From the IMG/VR virus record IMGVR_UViG_3300033121_001938, positions 902-64,901 of that record: a DNA stretch of 64,000 bases. One strand, given 5' to 3'. The stretch comes from a virus (taxonomy: Duplodnaviria; Caudoviricetes). Below the pieces are notes generated by a model. The model was given only the letters and a program-made list of their open reading frames with translations. It did not search any database and was not told the DNA's origin. Positions within the stretch are counted from its first letter, which is position 1; the number at the start of each line of letters is the position of its first letter. Below, in pieces: positions 37,425 through 48,024 of the stretch. The translations under genes were made by a program, and so were the position numbers.

Positions 37425-38562
37425 TATCTACTTCAATTGTTGGAGAAATATTTTTACTTTCTTCCCATTCACTATTGTCTTCAATTTGAATAAGCTTAGA
37501 AACATCTACTTTTTCATTAAACCATTCATGAGCATGTTTTTTCTTATAATCCTTAATTGCTTGAGGGGTATCTGGAATAAAACCATGAGGTGTAACAATT
37601 ACTGTTCCTGTAGTTGCAATACCTAAATCAGCGTGAATTTTATCAATTGCTATTTTAGTACGTTTTGCAAATTCAACTTTTTTTCCTTCATGTTGAACAC
37701 TAATTTTAGAAGTGCCACTGTTTGTTACATTACCAAATGTTGTTACTATAGTAGCATCCCAATACATAGTATTACCACCTTTATTTGTCATTTTAGGTTG
37801 TGACATTACAGTTAATGCTGGTTGTACACCTGTTTTATTAATAACAAGTAAGGTATTAGTATAAGGATATTTCTCTTTACGAGATAAAGGAAATTGTTGG
37901 TTAACAAAATTACCAAATTGTGTTGCCATTGCTCCTGCGTTCCACATTGGATTGTTTTTACCTTGTTCTATACTCATATTACAAGGTATTGAACCTACTG
38001 AGTCCCATAAGAATAAAAGATCAAAAGGTAATTTTCCATTTTTTTGTTCATTTAAAGTATCAATTATAAATGTAGATACATCTTCAATTGAATTTAAAGA
38101 AGATCTATCAACATAAAGAAAAAATCCTTTATAATTAATTAATTCACCAGTTTCATCATCTGGAATTGCTTCACATTGTAATCCCATTTTTTGGGCATGA
38201 GCAAAATCCCATTTCATTTCAGTAATAATAAATACAGGTAGTATTCCTTGTTTTTGAGCTTCTACTGCTGCTTCTACTAACAATGTGGTTTTACCAGTAT
38301 CTGAACCTCCTCGGGTCACAAATACGTGACCCAAAGGAATCCCAGGAATGGAAAGAGTATCTTGTAATGCTTTTGAAAACGGTAACCAACGTTGTTTTTT
38401 GAATTTTGAAGATTGATCTAAAAATTTACTTTTTTTGTAGTTATCTAAATCAAATTTATTTTTATTTATTGAGGAACTAATAATTTCACCTAATGGAGTA
38501 TTTTTTAATTCTTTAGCAGCGGGTTCTCCTTTAGGTTTTCTTCCTCTTTTTTTACTCTCCAT
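37414..38562 (-). CDS. RecA/UvsX-like recombinase
   Basis: GGSDTGKTT Walker A, WDSVGS, and lies next to SSB. Confidence 0.85.
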   Translation of the reverse strand: MESKKRGRKPKGEPAAKELKNTPLGEIISSSINKNKFDLDNYKKSKFLDQSSKFKKQRWLPFSKALQDTLSIPGIPLGHVFVTRGGSDTGKTTLLVEAAVEAQKQGILPVFIITEMKWDFAHAQKMGLQCEAIPDDETGELINYKGFFLYVDRSSLNSIEDVSTFIIDTLNEQKNGKLPFDLLFLWDSVGSIPCNMSIEQGKNNPMWNAGAMATQFGNFVNQQFPLSRKEKYPYTNTLLVINKTGVQPALTVMSQPKMTNKGGNTMYWDATIVTTFGNVTNSGTSKISVQHEGKKVEFAKRTKIAIDKIHADLGIATTGTVIVTPHGFIPDTPQAIKDYKKKHAHEWFNEKVDVSKLIQIEDNSEWEESKNISPTIEVDNEE

Positions 38563-38582
38563 AAAATTACATTAAGTTTTAA

Positions 38583-39425
38583 TTATTTACTATCTTCGAA
38601 TAATTCATCAAACTTATTAGAAGTTGATTTTTTAACTTTTAGTTCTACTAATTTTTTATTAGTAGCACTTTTAGCTTCTTTTTCCTTAAAAACCTTTTCA
38701 AGATCATCTTCTTCATCATTTTCATCTGCTTCAGATGCTATTGGATGTTCAGTATCTTCTTCAGGATTTAAAAATTTATCTAAAATATCTTTTAATTCAT
38801 CAAAAGTATAACGTTTATTAATAGAAAGAATATCTGGTTGTTCTTCCAATACTTTTTCTACTAATGTAGAATCATCTGATATTGCAGATGTTTTTGGTTT
38901 TACTCTAAGAGTACACTTTATACCTTTTTTTCCTGCTACAACATCTTCTACAGCTTCAACTGTAAAATCACGTCCATCAGTAATATCAGTATAATCACCA
39001 TAATCATCATCTCCTGCTATTCCTAAAAGTTGTTCGTAAATTAATTTACCAAATTCCCAAAGACGAGCTCCTTTATCTTCTTCTCCACGTACTAATACAG
39101 GAGCAAAATAACGTAATTTTGGTTCTACTTTTTTAGCTAAGGCCCAATCTTCTTTATCAGATGATTTACGAAGACTTTTTGCAAATTCAGCAATAGGATC
39201 TTTTTCATTCCAATTAGTTAATGCTAAAATTGGTCCTTTTGTAAATCCATAATGAAGATATACTTCACGGAATGGGTTTGCTTTGTCGAATTTTGAAGGG
39301 AGAATTCTTACTTGATGTTTACCTGGTTTTGGTTTCCAGAAGATTTTTGAGTAATCTACTTTTTCTTTCTTTTGGCCTTTTGATTGCGAAGCGGCTAACT
39401 TCTCTTTGATGAGACTTAAGTCCAT
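38583..39425 (-). CDS. Single-stranded DNA-binding protein (T4 gp32-like)
   Basis: FWKP...VRILP, DPIAEF, WEFGK, YGDYTD...GRDF and acidic tail ending FDELF. Confidence 0.85.
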   Translation of the reverse strand: MDLSLIKEKLAASQSKGQKKEKVDYSKIFWKPKPGKHQVRILPSKFDKANPFREVYLHYGFTKGPILALTNWNEKDPIAEFAKSLRKSSDKEDWALAKKVEPKLRYFAPVLVRGEEDKGARLWEFGKLIYEQLLGIAGDDDYGDYTDITDGRDFTVEAVEDVVAGKKGIKCTLRVKPKTSAISDDSTLVEKVLEEQPDILSINKRYTFDELKDILDKFLNPEEDTEHPIASEADENDEEDDLEKVFKEKEAKSATNKKLVELKVKKSTSNKFDELFEDSK

Positions 39426-39464
39426 GATAATTGTGTTTTATGTTAGTTAATCTATGATTAAAAT

Positions 39465-39496
39465 ATAATATATGACTTTTACTTTAGGAGACCAAG
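39465..39496 (-). promoter_or_regulatory. Bacteroidota-type promoter variant upstream of the SSB gene
   Basis: CTTG-N20-TATATTAT. Confidence 0.55.
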
Positions 39497-39552
39497 CTCA
39501 CTTAATTAGTCAAATTTTGAACGAATATAAATATATAAAGAAAACTAAAATA

Positions 39553-39975
39553 TCATTTATTAAAATCTATTATTTTATGTATTGCAGTATCTAGTTTACG
39601 CAAATCAGGACCATTTGTTAATAAAATACTATTTTTATAATCCTGCCAGTTCACAACATAATTTTTATCTAAATAACCTTTATTAAGAGATCTAATTAAT
39701 GTATTTAAAGCATTAATTGTATAAAGAGTATTACTTTCTTTTTTACGATGAAGTAAAATAGTACTAGGTATTGGTAAGGATGCCATATTCCCTGTGTCAA
39801 TGTTATATGTACACATTAATTCTTCACTTTGAGGAGATTCTAATACAAAAATCTTACCAAACAAAATGGAATATCTACGATTAATTGTTGATACTGTTTC
39901 CTCCAGCTCAACTGCTGAAGTGAATGTCAGAAATAGCTTATTCAGATCAAAAAATTCATTTAATTGTTCCATCAT
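39553..39975 (-). CDS. hypothetical protein
   Basis: NKLFLTF...HRKKESNTLYTINALN; lies between SSB and the PolA-like gene. Confidence 0.65.
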   Translation of the reverse strand: MMEQLNEFFDLNKLFLTFTSAVELEETVSTINRRYSILFGKIFVLESPQSEELMCTYNIDTGNMASLPIPSTILLHRKKESNTLYTINALNTLIRSLNKGYLDKNYVVNWQDYKNSILLTNGPDLRKLDTAIHKIIDFNK

Positions 39976-39981
39976 AAATAT

Positions 39982-41277
39982 TTATATTTTCTTCAAACCA
40001 TGATACGATTTGCCTTGTTTTATACCTACAGGATATTTAATTATATTTTTTATTTCTGTTAATAACTCATTACCATCTTCCTTATTATAATCAAATAAGA
40101 AAGCATCATAAGTATATAATATTAATTTAGTTTTTTTATCTGATAAGTAATTTTGAATATTAATTAATATTTCTACATTTTTTGATGTTTCTATACTTTG
40201 AACTATCCAATTTAATAATGTAGGAGCTGATTTAATTTCACCAGGAATAAATATTTTATTTTTAGTTATACATGCTATATCCTGATATATTTTAAATATG
40301 TTTTTTGTATATTCAAATACTTCTTTAAAAAAGGGTTTATCACGATAATTCTTCCATACACCACCATACAATTGTTTAAATGTAAGTTCTTTTGCTTCTT
40401 GGGTTGATACACCTAATAATTCACCTAAAGTTTCATAAGTATTTTTTTCATCAAATTTAAAATTTACTAATTCACCTATTAATCTAGGATGATAACCTTG
40501 TATATCCATTTCAACAAACATTCCATTTTCAGGTCTATAACATAATCTTTCACCATTATTTTTGTTTAATGCAGCAAAATTAATTGTATTATAGGTGTTT
40601 GAAGGACGTCCTGTAGATGTATATAAATTATAATGACTATATATTTTACCTTTATTTATGCTGAATTCTGGATGTTTAAGCATTTCGCCATAACAATCTA
40701 TGAAACATTCCTTATCTATTTTAATTCCTTGATTTTCTATATTGTAGAATACTGTAGTTAAAGGACCATTATTAAATGCATAAACAGCGTCTTCTGCTTG
40801 GTATTTTTTAATTATTGGGAATATTAAATTAAATACTAATTCGTTTTTTTCATAATGTTTACTAATAGGAATTAGCCGATTAATGTTCGGGTAGTTTTCA
40901 TGAGTATTATAATAATATCTAATCGCAGTGATATCTAATCCAGACAAATCAGGTTGTTCAATAAAATTAATATCGAATAATTTTTGTGGATATGGGAAAT
41001 TATATAATGCTTCCTTTTTGTTTAAAACAAATAATTTTGAAGTATTATTTAATAACCACAATTTAACATCTTGTTCTGATAAAGATAATGATTCATTATG
41101 ATTAATACATAATATATAACCTTTATGTTGTGTTATATCACGAATATAAACTAAACTAAGAGGACTTAATTTAGGATGATAATTATCGTTTTCTCTTATA
41201 AACGAAATATAACAATCTCCAAATGAACCTAGTTTATTTAATTGCTCTTGTTTTTCAATTATATAGAACATTTTCAT
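39982..41277 (-). CDS. Minimal family A DNA polymerase-like protein
   Basis: IENQGIKID, TSTGRPSN, EMDIQGYHPRL (motif A), KELTFKQLYGG (motif B) and LYTYDAFLFD (motif C). Confidence 0.8.
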   Translation of the reverse strand: MKMFYIIEKQEQLNKLGSFGDCYISFIRENDNYHPKLSPLSLVYIRDITQHKGYILCINHNESLSLSEQDVKLWLLNNTSKLFVLNKKEALYNFPYPQKLFDINFIEQPDLSGLDITAIRYYYNTHENYPNINRLIPISKHYEKNELVFNLIFPIIKKYQAEDAVYAFNNGPLTTVFYNIENQGIKIDKECFIDCYGEMLKHPEFSINKGKIYSHYNLYTSTGRPSNTYNTINFAALNKNNGERLCYRPENGMFVEMDIQGYHPRLIGELVNFKFDEKNTYETLGELLGVSTQEAKELTFKQLYGGVWKNYRDKPFFKEVFEYTKNIFKIYQDIACITKNKIFIPGEIKSAPTLLNWIVQSIETSKNVEILINIQNYLSDKKTKLILYTYDAFLFDYNKEDGNELLTEIKNIIKYPVGIKQGKSYHGLKKI

Positions 41278-41290
41278 AACCTTTATAAAT

Positions 41291-41322
41291 TAAATATACG
41301 ATAAAAATCTTAATTAAACAAA
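41291..41322 (-). promoter_or_regulatory. Bacteroidota-type promoter upstream of the PolA-like gene
   Basis: TTTG-N20-TATATTTA. Confidence 0.7.
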
Positions 41323-41831
41323 AAAGTTTTTATACCTTTCATATATGTTGAATCTAGCTTATTAACTTCATTATAATCAAATCCATTTTTTACGCTCCAA
41401 TTCAATGATGCTTTTGAATAAATTGGATTATTAATATTATTATAATTTTCTTCTTCCACCTCATTTATTAATATAGGAAATATACTTTCATTTTTAACAA
41501 AATATCTAATAGTTTCTCCTTTTTGTAAAATTTCATCAGATGGAACAAAATGAATACCTTTAACTTCGGTATTATTTATCATTAAATTTTTTGTAGCATC
41601 AGATGATTTATAAAAATATTTAGTAATATTAGAATCAAAAGATTTAAATTTATTGCTTTCGGGAGATATTTTAATTATTTCTATAGCATTTGCTTTAAAT
41701 GTTTTTCCTGAAAAAAACTTACCATTATATTCATAATAATCTCCTTTATAAGGTCTATATGAATTTTTTTCAACAAATTCATTACCCGATGTATATAAAT
41801 TTTCTTTAATTTGATTTCCTGGTATTTTCAT
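41310..41831 (-). CDS. hypothetical protein (baseplate region)
   Basis: ENLYTSGNEF...YKGDYYE; downstream of the hub gene. Confidence 0.55.
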   Translation of the reverse strand: MKIPGNQIKENLYTSGNEFVEKNSYRPYKGDYYEYNGKFFSGKTFKANAIEIIKISPESNKFKSFDSNITKYFYKSSDATKNLMINNTEVKGIHFVPSDEILQKGETIRYFVKNESIFPILINEVEEENYNNINNPIYSKASLNWSVKNGFDYNEVNKLDSTYMKGIKTFLFN

Positions 41832-41833
41832 AT

Positions 41834-44800
41834 TTATTTAAATTCTCCTAATTTAATTCTTCTTAATATATCATAAGAATAATCTATTCTTTTACCTGTT
41901 TCAGATGCTTTTAATAATTTTTCAAATGTTATATCTTGATACCATCCTCCATATCTTTCATATGATGCCATTCCTAATATTGCTTCTTCTATATTATTAG
42001 ACTTTTTAATTTTATTAAAAGCATTTTTTTCATCTCCATTAAATTCCTCAATAATAAAATCTAATTGAGTATCAATTGTATTATAATTTTGTTTTAATTG
42101 TAATTTTCTTTTTCTTTTTCCTAACCATTGTGCTATACCATAAGCACCTAATTGATTAGAATTAGTAGGAGATAAATCAGATTCTTGTAATAAAGAACCT
42201 ACTATTGCTGATGTTTGATAATCAGTAAATCCTTTATTTAGGAAAAAATTAACAGCGGTAGTAATATTATCTGAATTAAATTTCTTTGTTATATCTTGGT
42301 TAATTTGTATTTCTTTATTAATTATTTCTGGTGTTTCAAATTTGTATCCTCCTTTATTTTCTAAATCAGGAACAATTATTTTACTATAATCAAAAGTTTG
42401 TTTATTATCAGGTTTTTCTAATATTATTGTTTGAGCATCTATTATTGTTTCCCAATCTTTAATAGATATTTTATGGCTTAATCCTGTTACTATATACCCT
42501 ACTTTTCTTCCAATTAATCCTTCTTTATATCCTAATGGAAGATTTTCATTCGGTATTCTAAATATATTTCCTATTATAATACCTCCTAATCCATCCATTG
42601 AAATAGATAATTTTGTTGGAATAATTGATCTAAATTGATTTGGATCATTTGTTAATGCTCTAGTATAATTAATTATATCTTTTAAAGTATTTTTATAATT
42701 GTTAGAATTATCTTTACTATATTTAGCATGTAGATTATCTTTAAATAAACTAGTATTATAACTATATTTTAATTCACTAACAAAATTAGATAATCTACCC
42801 ATAGCTTGACCAATACTTTTTATTTGATTGTTAATAGTAGGAATATTTGATAATGGAGGAGAAAATTTATTATTCATTATTCTATCTTGAATTCCTCTAT
42901 TAAATCCTACTAAAGTATTATTATCTAAACCCATTACTCCTCCTCCATTTCCTGCTGATATTGCAACTATAGAACTTTGTTCTGGGAATATTTGAGATTG
43001 TAATGTTACATTTCTAACAAAAGAACTTATATTATCTGCTTTTTGAATTTCTATAATAGTTGCTTTATTATATGTATCAATAGGATCTTCTACTGTTGAG
43101 TTTATGTCAATTATTCTTCCTATATTATCAATAGGATCTACATGAATATCAAAATTATTAACATTTCCAATAGCTGCTTGAACTGAATTTAAAACTGTTT
43201 TAAGATAATCATATAAATTAATATCATTTTTTTCTTTTTTATCTATTACTTCTAAGTTTTGATTTAATATTAATTGAAATAAATAATTTATATTAATATA
43301 AATATTTGAAATATATCCTAAACCATTATTAATACTATCATCTTTAAAATAGGGTTGAAGATAATTCATAAACGGTAAACTTGTTTTAGAATCTAAACTT
43401 AATTTTTCTGATTCTTTGTTTACTTCTTCATTTTTATCTTTTAAATCTTGTATTTTTGTTAAATCTCCACTTAATAAAAGTTGAAATATAGATTTTTCTT
43501 TTATTGTAGGAGCATTATTTATTATAGAATTAATAATATTAAGATAACCTTGTCTTAATATAAAATCTTTAAATATTAATAATTTTTCATTTTTTACAAC
43601 CTTTCCAGTTCTTCCCATTTGAATAATAGTAGGAATAATAACTTTTGTTCTTGTTAATTCATATTCAATAATAAGTTGTTCTAATGCTTTTCTTCTTAAT
43701 TCTTCAGTATTTTTAGATTTAAAATAATTATTAATATTATCAATAATAATTGATTCTTTTTGTTTTAAGTTTATAGATTGAAGAATTAATTTAGAATCAT
43801 TTGAATAATCAATATTTCCTAATGTACCTATTGATTCATTAATATCATCTTGATTTAAATTCTGTTTAGGAAATGTAAATCCATTTCTCCATACAGGAGA
43901 ATTAATTAAACATATTGAAGGATCAACAGATAATTGAAAAGGATGTGTTAAACATTGTAATGATGTTTTATTTAATAACGAAATATTATTTATAGATAAT
44001 TCTTTTGATGCTCCTTCATATCCTAATTTAGATATTGAATTTATATAATTTTGAGTTTCTATTGCTTTAGAAATTGTAGAAATAGGATCTTTAACAAACT
44101 CATATCCTCTATTTAATGTAGATAGTTTTGTAATATTTCCTTTATCGGAAGTTAATAAAATATATTTATTTAATAAATTACAAAATGATTCTAATGTAAT
44201 ATAATATTGCCATATATTATTATTAGGAAGAACTGTTTTATTTTCTTCATTATTAATATCTATTTGATAAGCAAATAAATTATAATAATCACCATCAATA
44301 AGGGTATTGCTAAAATCTTTAGCATTTATATTATTTAGTTTATCTTTTAAATTTCTTACAGGTACATTATTAGCCATATAAGAAGAAATTTCATATAATA
44401 TTCCTGCTAATTTACTTCTATCATATATTTTTTCAAGACTACCAGAAGGATATAAATTTTGGTTACTTAAATCTATTCCTAATAAACCTGTTCTTTTATC
44501 AGTAATTGATATTTCTGGGGTTGAATAATTTATTTTTAATGATTCTATTATTTCGCCAGGAGATATAATAGTAGTAACACAATCATATCCTCCATCTGGT
44601 CTAAAAGACCATTGGAAGTTCTTAATAAAACCTAATAAAGCATCATAATTTCCTGATTGATTAATACTATTATTATATAATTCTTTATATATATCTTGTA
44701 ATGATCCTGAAGGTTTTTCAGATAAAATATTTGAATCAAAATTTATTCTTGTAGTATAATTATCATTATTATTAATATAAGGACTCCATCCCCATTCAAG

Positions 44801-45295
44801 TAATGCTAAAAAACCTGGTCTCATATACAATAATTCTAAATCTTCTAATTGATGTATATCCCAACATACAAAATTAATAGTAGCCTCTCTTAGAGAACCA
44901 TAAGCAGATTTACTCTTAATATCTACATTTGTAATTCCTGGCATTGGACGTAAACCAAGTCTGTGTTTTTTTCCTGATGGGGTTGTAGTACTATAAACCA
45001 TTTCAGAACCATTTCCTATACCATTTCTAAGAGAACCTGTAAATGGTTGAGAAGAAATATCATTTATATTAAATAGAGTTCCACCGTGAAGAATATATTG
45101 TTTTGCTAACGTATTTGTATATTTACCTGAACCTGGAGGATCTTCAGTGTTAACACCTGATGTAAGTCTAACCCATGCTTTTCTAGAATTAATATAAGAA
45201 AGGTCCTGAGGGTTTCTTCTTACCATGAAGGTGTCCTGGCGTTTTTTTATTTGTGTGGAAACAAATTCAGGAAATGTATCTTTAAAAATTGACAT
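41834..45295 (-). CDS. Baseplate hub-like protein with C-terminal phage tail lysozyme domain
   Basis: PMPGIT..DIKSK..YGSLREATINF..W; C-term AIVGSLLQES...GAYGIAQWLGKR. Confidence 0.75.
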   Translation of the reverse strand: MSIFKDTFPEFVSTQIKKRQDTFMVRRNPQDLSYINSRKAWVRLTSGVNTEDPPGSGKYTNTLAKQYILHGGTLFNINDISSQPFTGSLRNGIGNGSEMVYSTTTPSGKKHRLGLRPMPGITNVDIKSKSAYGSLREATINFVCWDIHQLEDLELLYMRPGFLALLEWGWSPYINNNDNYTTRINFDSNILSEKPSGSLQDIYKELYNNSINQSGNYDALLGFIKNFQWSFRPDGGYDCVTTIISPGEIIESLKINYSTPEISITDKRTGLLGIDLSNQNLYPSGSLEKIYDRSKLAGILYEISSYMANNVPVRNLKDKLNNINAKDFSNTLIDGDYYNLFAYQIDINNEENKTVLPNNNIWQYYITLESFCNLLNKYILLTSDKGNITKLSTLNRGYEFVKDPISTISKAIETQNYINSISKLGYEGASKELSINNISLLNKTSLQCLTHPFQLSVDPSICLINSPVWRNGFTFPKQNLNQDDINESIGTLGNIDYSNDSKLILQSINLKQKESIIIDNINNYFKSKNTEELRRKALEQLIIEYELTRTKVIIPTIIQMGRTGKVVKNEKLLIFKDFILRQGYLNIINSIINNAPTIKEKSIFQLLLSGDLTKIQDLKDKNEEVNKESEKLSLDSKTSLPFMNYLQPYFKDDSINNGLGYISNIYININYLFQLILNQNLEVIDKKEKNDINLYDYLKTVLNSVQAAIGNVNNFDIHVDPIDNIGRIIDINSTVEDPIDTYNKATIIEIQKADNISSFVRNVTLQSQIFPEQSSIVAISAGNGGGVMGLDNNTLVGFNRGIQDRIMNNKFSPPLSNIPTINNQIKSIGQAMGRLSNFVSELKYSYNTSLFKDNLHAKYSKDNSNNYKNTLKDIINYTRALTNDPNQFRSIIPTKLSISMDGLGGIIIGNIFRIPNENLPLGYKEGLIGRKVGYIVTGLSHKISIKDWETIIDAQTIILEKPDNKQTFDYSKIIVPDLENKGGYKFETPEIINKEIQINQDITKKFNSDNITTAVNFFLNKGFTDYQTSAIVGSLLQESDLSPTNSNQLGAYGIAQWLGKRKRKLQLKQNYNTIDTQLDFIIEEFNGDEKNAFNKIKKSNNIEEAILGMASYERYGGWYQDITFEKLLKASETGKRIDYSYDILRRIKLGEFK

Positions 45296-45301
45296 AACAT
45301 T

Positions 45302-45601
45302 TTATCTTGATTTATTAAAAACATCAATTTGTTTTAATATATTATTAATATTTAAAGGAATTCTTAATTGAGTTCCTGGTTCAGGAAATAAAAATCCTTT
45401 TGTTATATTATTATTAGCAATTGCTATTATTTTCCATAAACTACTATCATTATAGTAATCATTTGCTATTAAATCAAGTCTATCTCCTATTGTAGTAATA
45501 ATATATACATCATTTTCAGATAAAGGAATATTAGGATATGCTATTCCTTTATAATAAGAAACATTATTATTTGTTTTTAATATTGTTCTATTTATATCCA
45601 T
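45302..45601 (-). CDS. LysM-like baseplate wedge / tail X protein
   Basis: TTIGDRLDLIANDYYNDSSLWKIIAIAN...GTQLRIP. Confidence 0.8.
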   Translation of the reverse strand: MDINRTILKTNNNVSYYKGIAYPNIPLSENDVYIITTIGDRLDLIANDYYNDSSLWKIIAIANNNITKGFLFPEPGTQLRIPLNINNILKQIDVFNKSR

Positions 45602-45603
45602 TT

Positions 45604-47625
45604 TTAATTAATTATATTTGGAAATCCTCCTACAATTCCTCTTTTTAAAGATCCTGTTGGGTTTATATAATTTGATTTTTCATTTAATCCATTATAATTT
45701 TGAGCTATATTTGATTGGAATGGAGACTTTCTTGGATTTAAATTTTTATTTTGAGTTTTAGAACCAATAGGAATAAATGATAATGAAACATCTACTATAT
45801 GTGGTAATACCATTTCTTTTGAACCTTCTAATGTTGGTTCATTAATAGCTATTTCCCATGGAGAATCTTGTGATACATTATAGTTTAATGATGTTATTAT
45901 ACCTGGCTGGCTATCTATCCAATTTCCAATTGTCATTCTTGAAAAAGGACCCCTCATTAAATTATTATTATAATCAGGCATTAGATTACTCATTAAATAA
46001 TTAAGTTTTTGATACATTGGTTCCATTTCTTTAGATGATAAAGCTGCTACTTTAAAACCAATATTTATTTTACGAGTAAATCCATTATAAATGTAAAATT
46101 CTTCTCCTCTTCCTATATATTTTATAGGATCCCAAGCAGCGTTTGTTCCATCTTCAAAACTAGTAATATAAGCTCTAAATATCATAAAATCACTTTCATT
46201 AGGATTATCTGTATTTATTGCTTCAATTTTAAATTTAACTAAATCATTTATTGTATAATTCTTACCTTCAATAGTAACTGTTAAACCATTTGAACCTATA
46301 GTTGAAGTAAATATAGGAGTTAAATTAATAAAATCCTTTCTTCCACTTCCTATTCTTATTTCACGAGAAGCATCTTTCCAATTAGATTTATTAATAATAA
46401 CAGCATCTCCTAATGTATTAATATATTTAATTTTTCCACCTGGAATTGTATTTGAAGAATATGCTATACTACCTGATATAATCAAAGGTTTACCTTCTGA
46501 TCCTGTAGCTATAATATTAAATTGATTTACTGCTGAGGAAGTTGATAATCCTATTAATTTTTCTCCAATACCATAAGTTGTTGCAAGAATTGTTTTTTGA
46601 TTTTTATTTATTTTAGATATATTACTATATGTTAATATATTACCATAAACATTTCTTGGTAATTCAGGTTCTAAAATTCCAGGAAATTCTGATATCGAAT
46701 TATTTCCTTTTCCTATAACTTCTTTTAAATTAATATCTTTAGGACCATCATTAATATCTCTAGTTTTACCTGCAAATTGATTACTAAAATTCTTTAAAAG
46801 AGTTATTTTGAAACTGTCTTCAGTATTATCATATCTTTTAATAGTAGTTTTACCAATACCGTATACAGAGTTTGGTCCTCCAATATATTCATCAATTATT
46901 GTTTCTTTATTATTAAGATTAATTGATGGTAATGAAGTACCAAATATATTATTAATAAATCCTGAAATTTGGTTTATTCTATTAATTAATGGATTATTAA
47001 TTATTTGATTTAATTTTTGATCTCCTAATTTAAATTTTTTACTTAAATCAATTAATCTATTACTATTGTTTAAAAAATTATTATCATAAACAACAGGACC
47101 ATAATATTTACTTGAATCTGAAATTGGTAGAAAACCATGTCTTACTATATGACCTCCAAAAGCATTTACTGGGATTTGAGCTAATGTATTAATTCCAAGA
47201 TTATAAACACGAGTAGGACCTACTGCATTTTCTATAGTATTAGCAGTATTTAAAATAAAATTTCCTACATTTGTAAGAAATCCTTGACCTGAAGTTGGTC
47301 TGTTTATATTTAATTTTCTATGTTCTAATTTTGGGTTAGATAATTGTAATCCTACTTGTCTATTAACAAATAGAAATCCTTTAGGAACATCCTTAAGAAA
47401 CTTTCCTATTCTGAGGGTATCTACTGTAGAAGAAGTCGTAGCTCCAATAGTTCCACCTCTAATGAGACCGTCATCAATACTATTAAATCTAATAACATTA
47501 GGTAAATTATCAATATTATTAATATCTGTTTTTATATAGGGTTGTCCACTATCCCCACCACCTTTTCTATCAGAACCATATTTAAGGCTCTTTAAATCAG
47601 TATGTAAAGTTAATAATCCTGGCAT
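45604..47625 (-). CDS. Baseplate / tail tube initiator-like structural protein
   Basis: FRAYITSF.D...W...KYIGRGE.FY.YNGFTR; position between TMP and the LysM gene. Confidence 0.65.
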   Translation of the reverse strand: MPGLLTLHTDLKSLKYGSDRKGGGDSGQPYIKTDINNIDNLPNVIRFNSIDDGLIRGGTIGATTSSTVDTLRIGKFLKDVPKGFLFVNRQVGLQLSNPKLEHRKLNINRPTSGQGFLTNVGNFILNTANTIENAVGPTRVYNLGINTLAQIPVNAFGGHIVRHGFLPISDSSKYYGPVVYDNNFLNNSNRLIDLSKKFKLGDQKLNQIINNPLINRINQISGFINNIFGTSLPSINLNNKETIIDEYIGGPNSVYGIGKTTIKRYDNTEDSFKITLLKNFSNQFAGKTRDINDGPKDINLKEVIGKGNNSISEFPGILEPELPRNVYGNILTYSNISKINKNQKTILATTYGIGEKLIGLSTSSAVNQFNIIATGSEGKPLIISGSIAYSSNTIPGGKIKYINTLGDAVIINKSNWKDASREIRIGSGRKDFINLTPIFTSTIGSNGLTVTIEGKNYTINDLVKFKIEAINTDNPNESDFMIFRAYITSFEDGTNAAWDPIKYIGRGEEFYIYNGFTRKINIGFKVAALSSKEMEPMYQKLNYLMSNLMPDYNNNLMRGPFSRMTIGNWIDSQPGIITSLNYNVSQDSPWEIAINEPTLEGSKEMVLPHIVDVSLSFIPIGSKTQNKNLNPRKSPFQSNIAQNYNGLNEKSNYINPTGSLKRGIVGGFPNIIN

Positions 47626-47631
47626 TTAATA

Positions 47632-47985
47632 TTAATATCTACCTGGTTGTGGACCTAATTGTTTATATTGACGACCTATAGGAGATTTATAAATTTGAGA
47701 TACTACTGAACCAGGAGTTCCTACTTGTGTATTATTAGGAGCATTGTTATCTAATTCATCTAATCTTGCTTCTGGTCTTACAGTTGCTAATCCATTTCTG
47801 TTAAAATCTCTCAATTTAACATTAGGAATACTATTTAATGAATAAGTATTTTGTAGTTTACTAAGAGCAGGATTTAAATCTCCTGAATTATCAACATATC
47901 CCCATGATGCTTGATTAGGCTGTGGGTTAAATCCGTTACCTTGTAAACTTAAAGTACTTAAGGGTAATTGATCAATGATTGGCAT
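47632..47985 (-). CDS. hypothetical structural-region protein
   Basis: ATATTTAT motif upstream; ends GPQPGRY. Confidence 0.55.
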   Translation of the reverse strand: MPIIDQLPLSTLSLQGNGFNPQPNQASWGYVDNSGDLNPALSKLQNTYSLNSIPNVKLRDFNRNGLATVRPEARLDELDNNAPNNTQVGTPGSVVSQIYKSPIGRQYKQLGPQPGRY

Positions 47986-48024
47986 TGTTTTATTATTTTA
48001 TTGTTTAATATAAATATTGGAAAA

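Noticed and set aside
20785-38562. Inteins in PolB, RNR, helicase or RecA
   Set aside because: Sizes are normal, and there are no C/S...HN-C/S/T splice junctions or LAGLIDADG blocks
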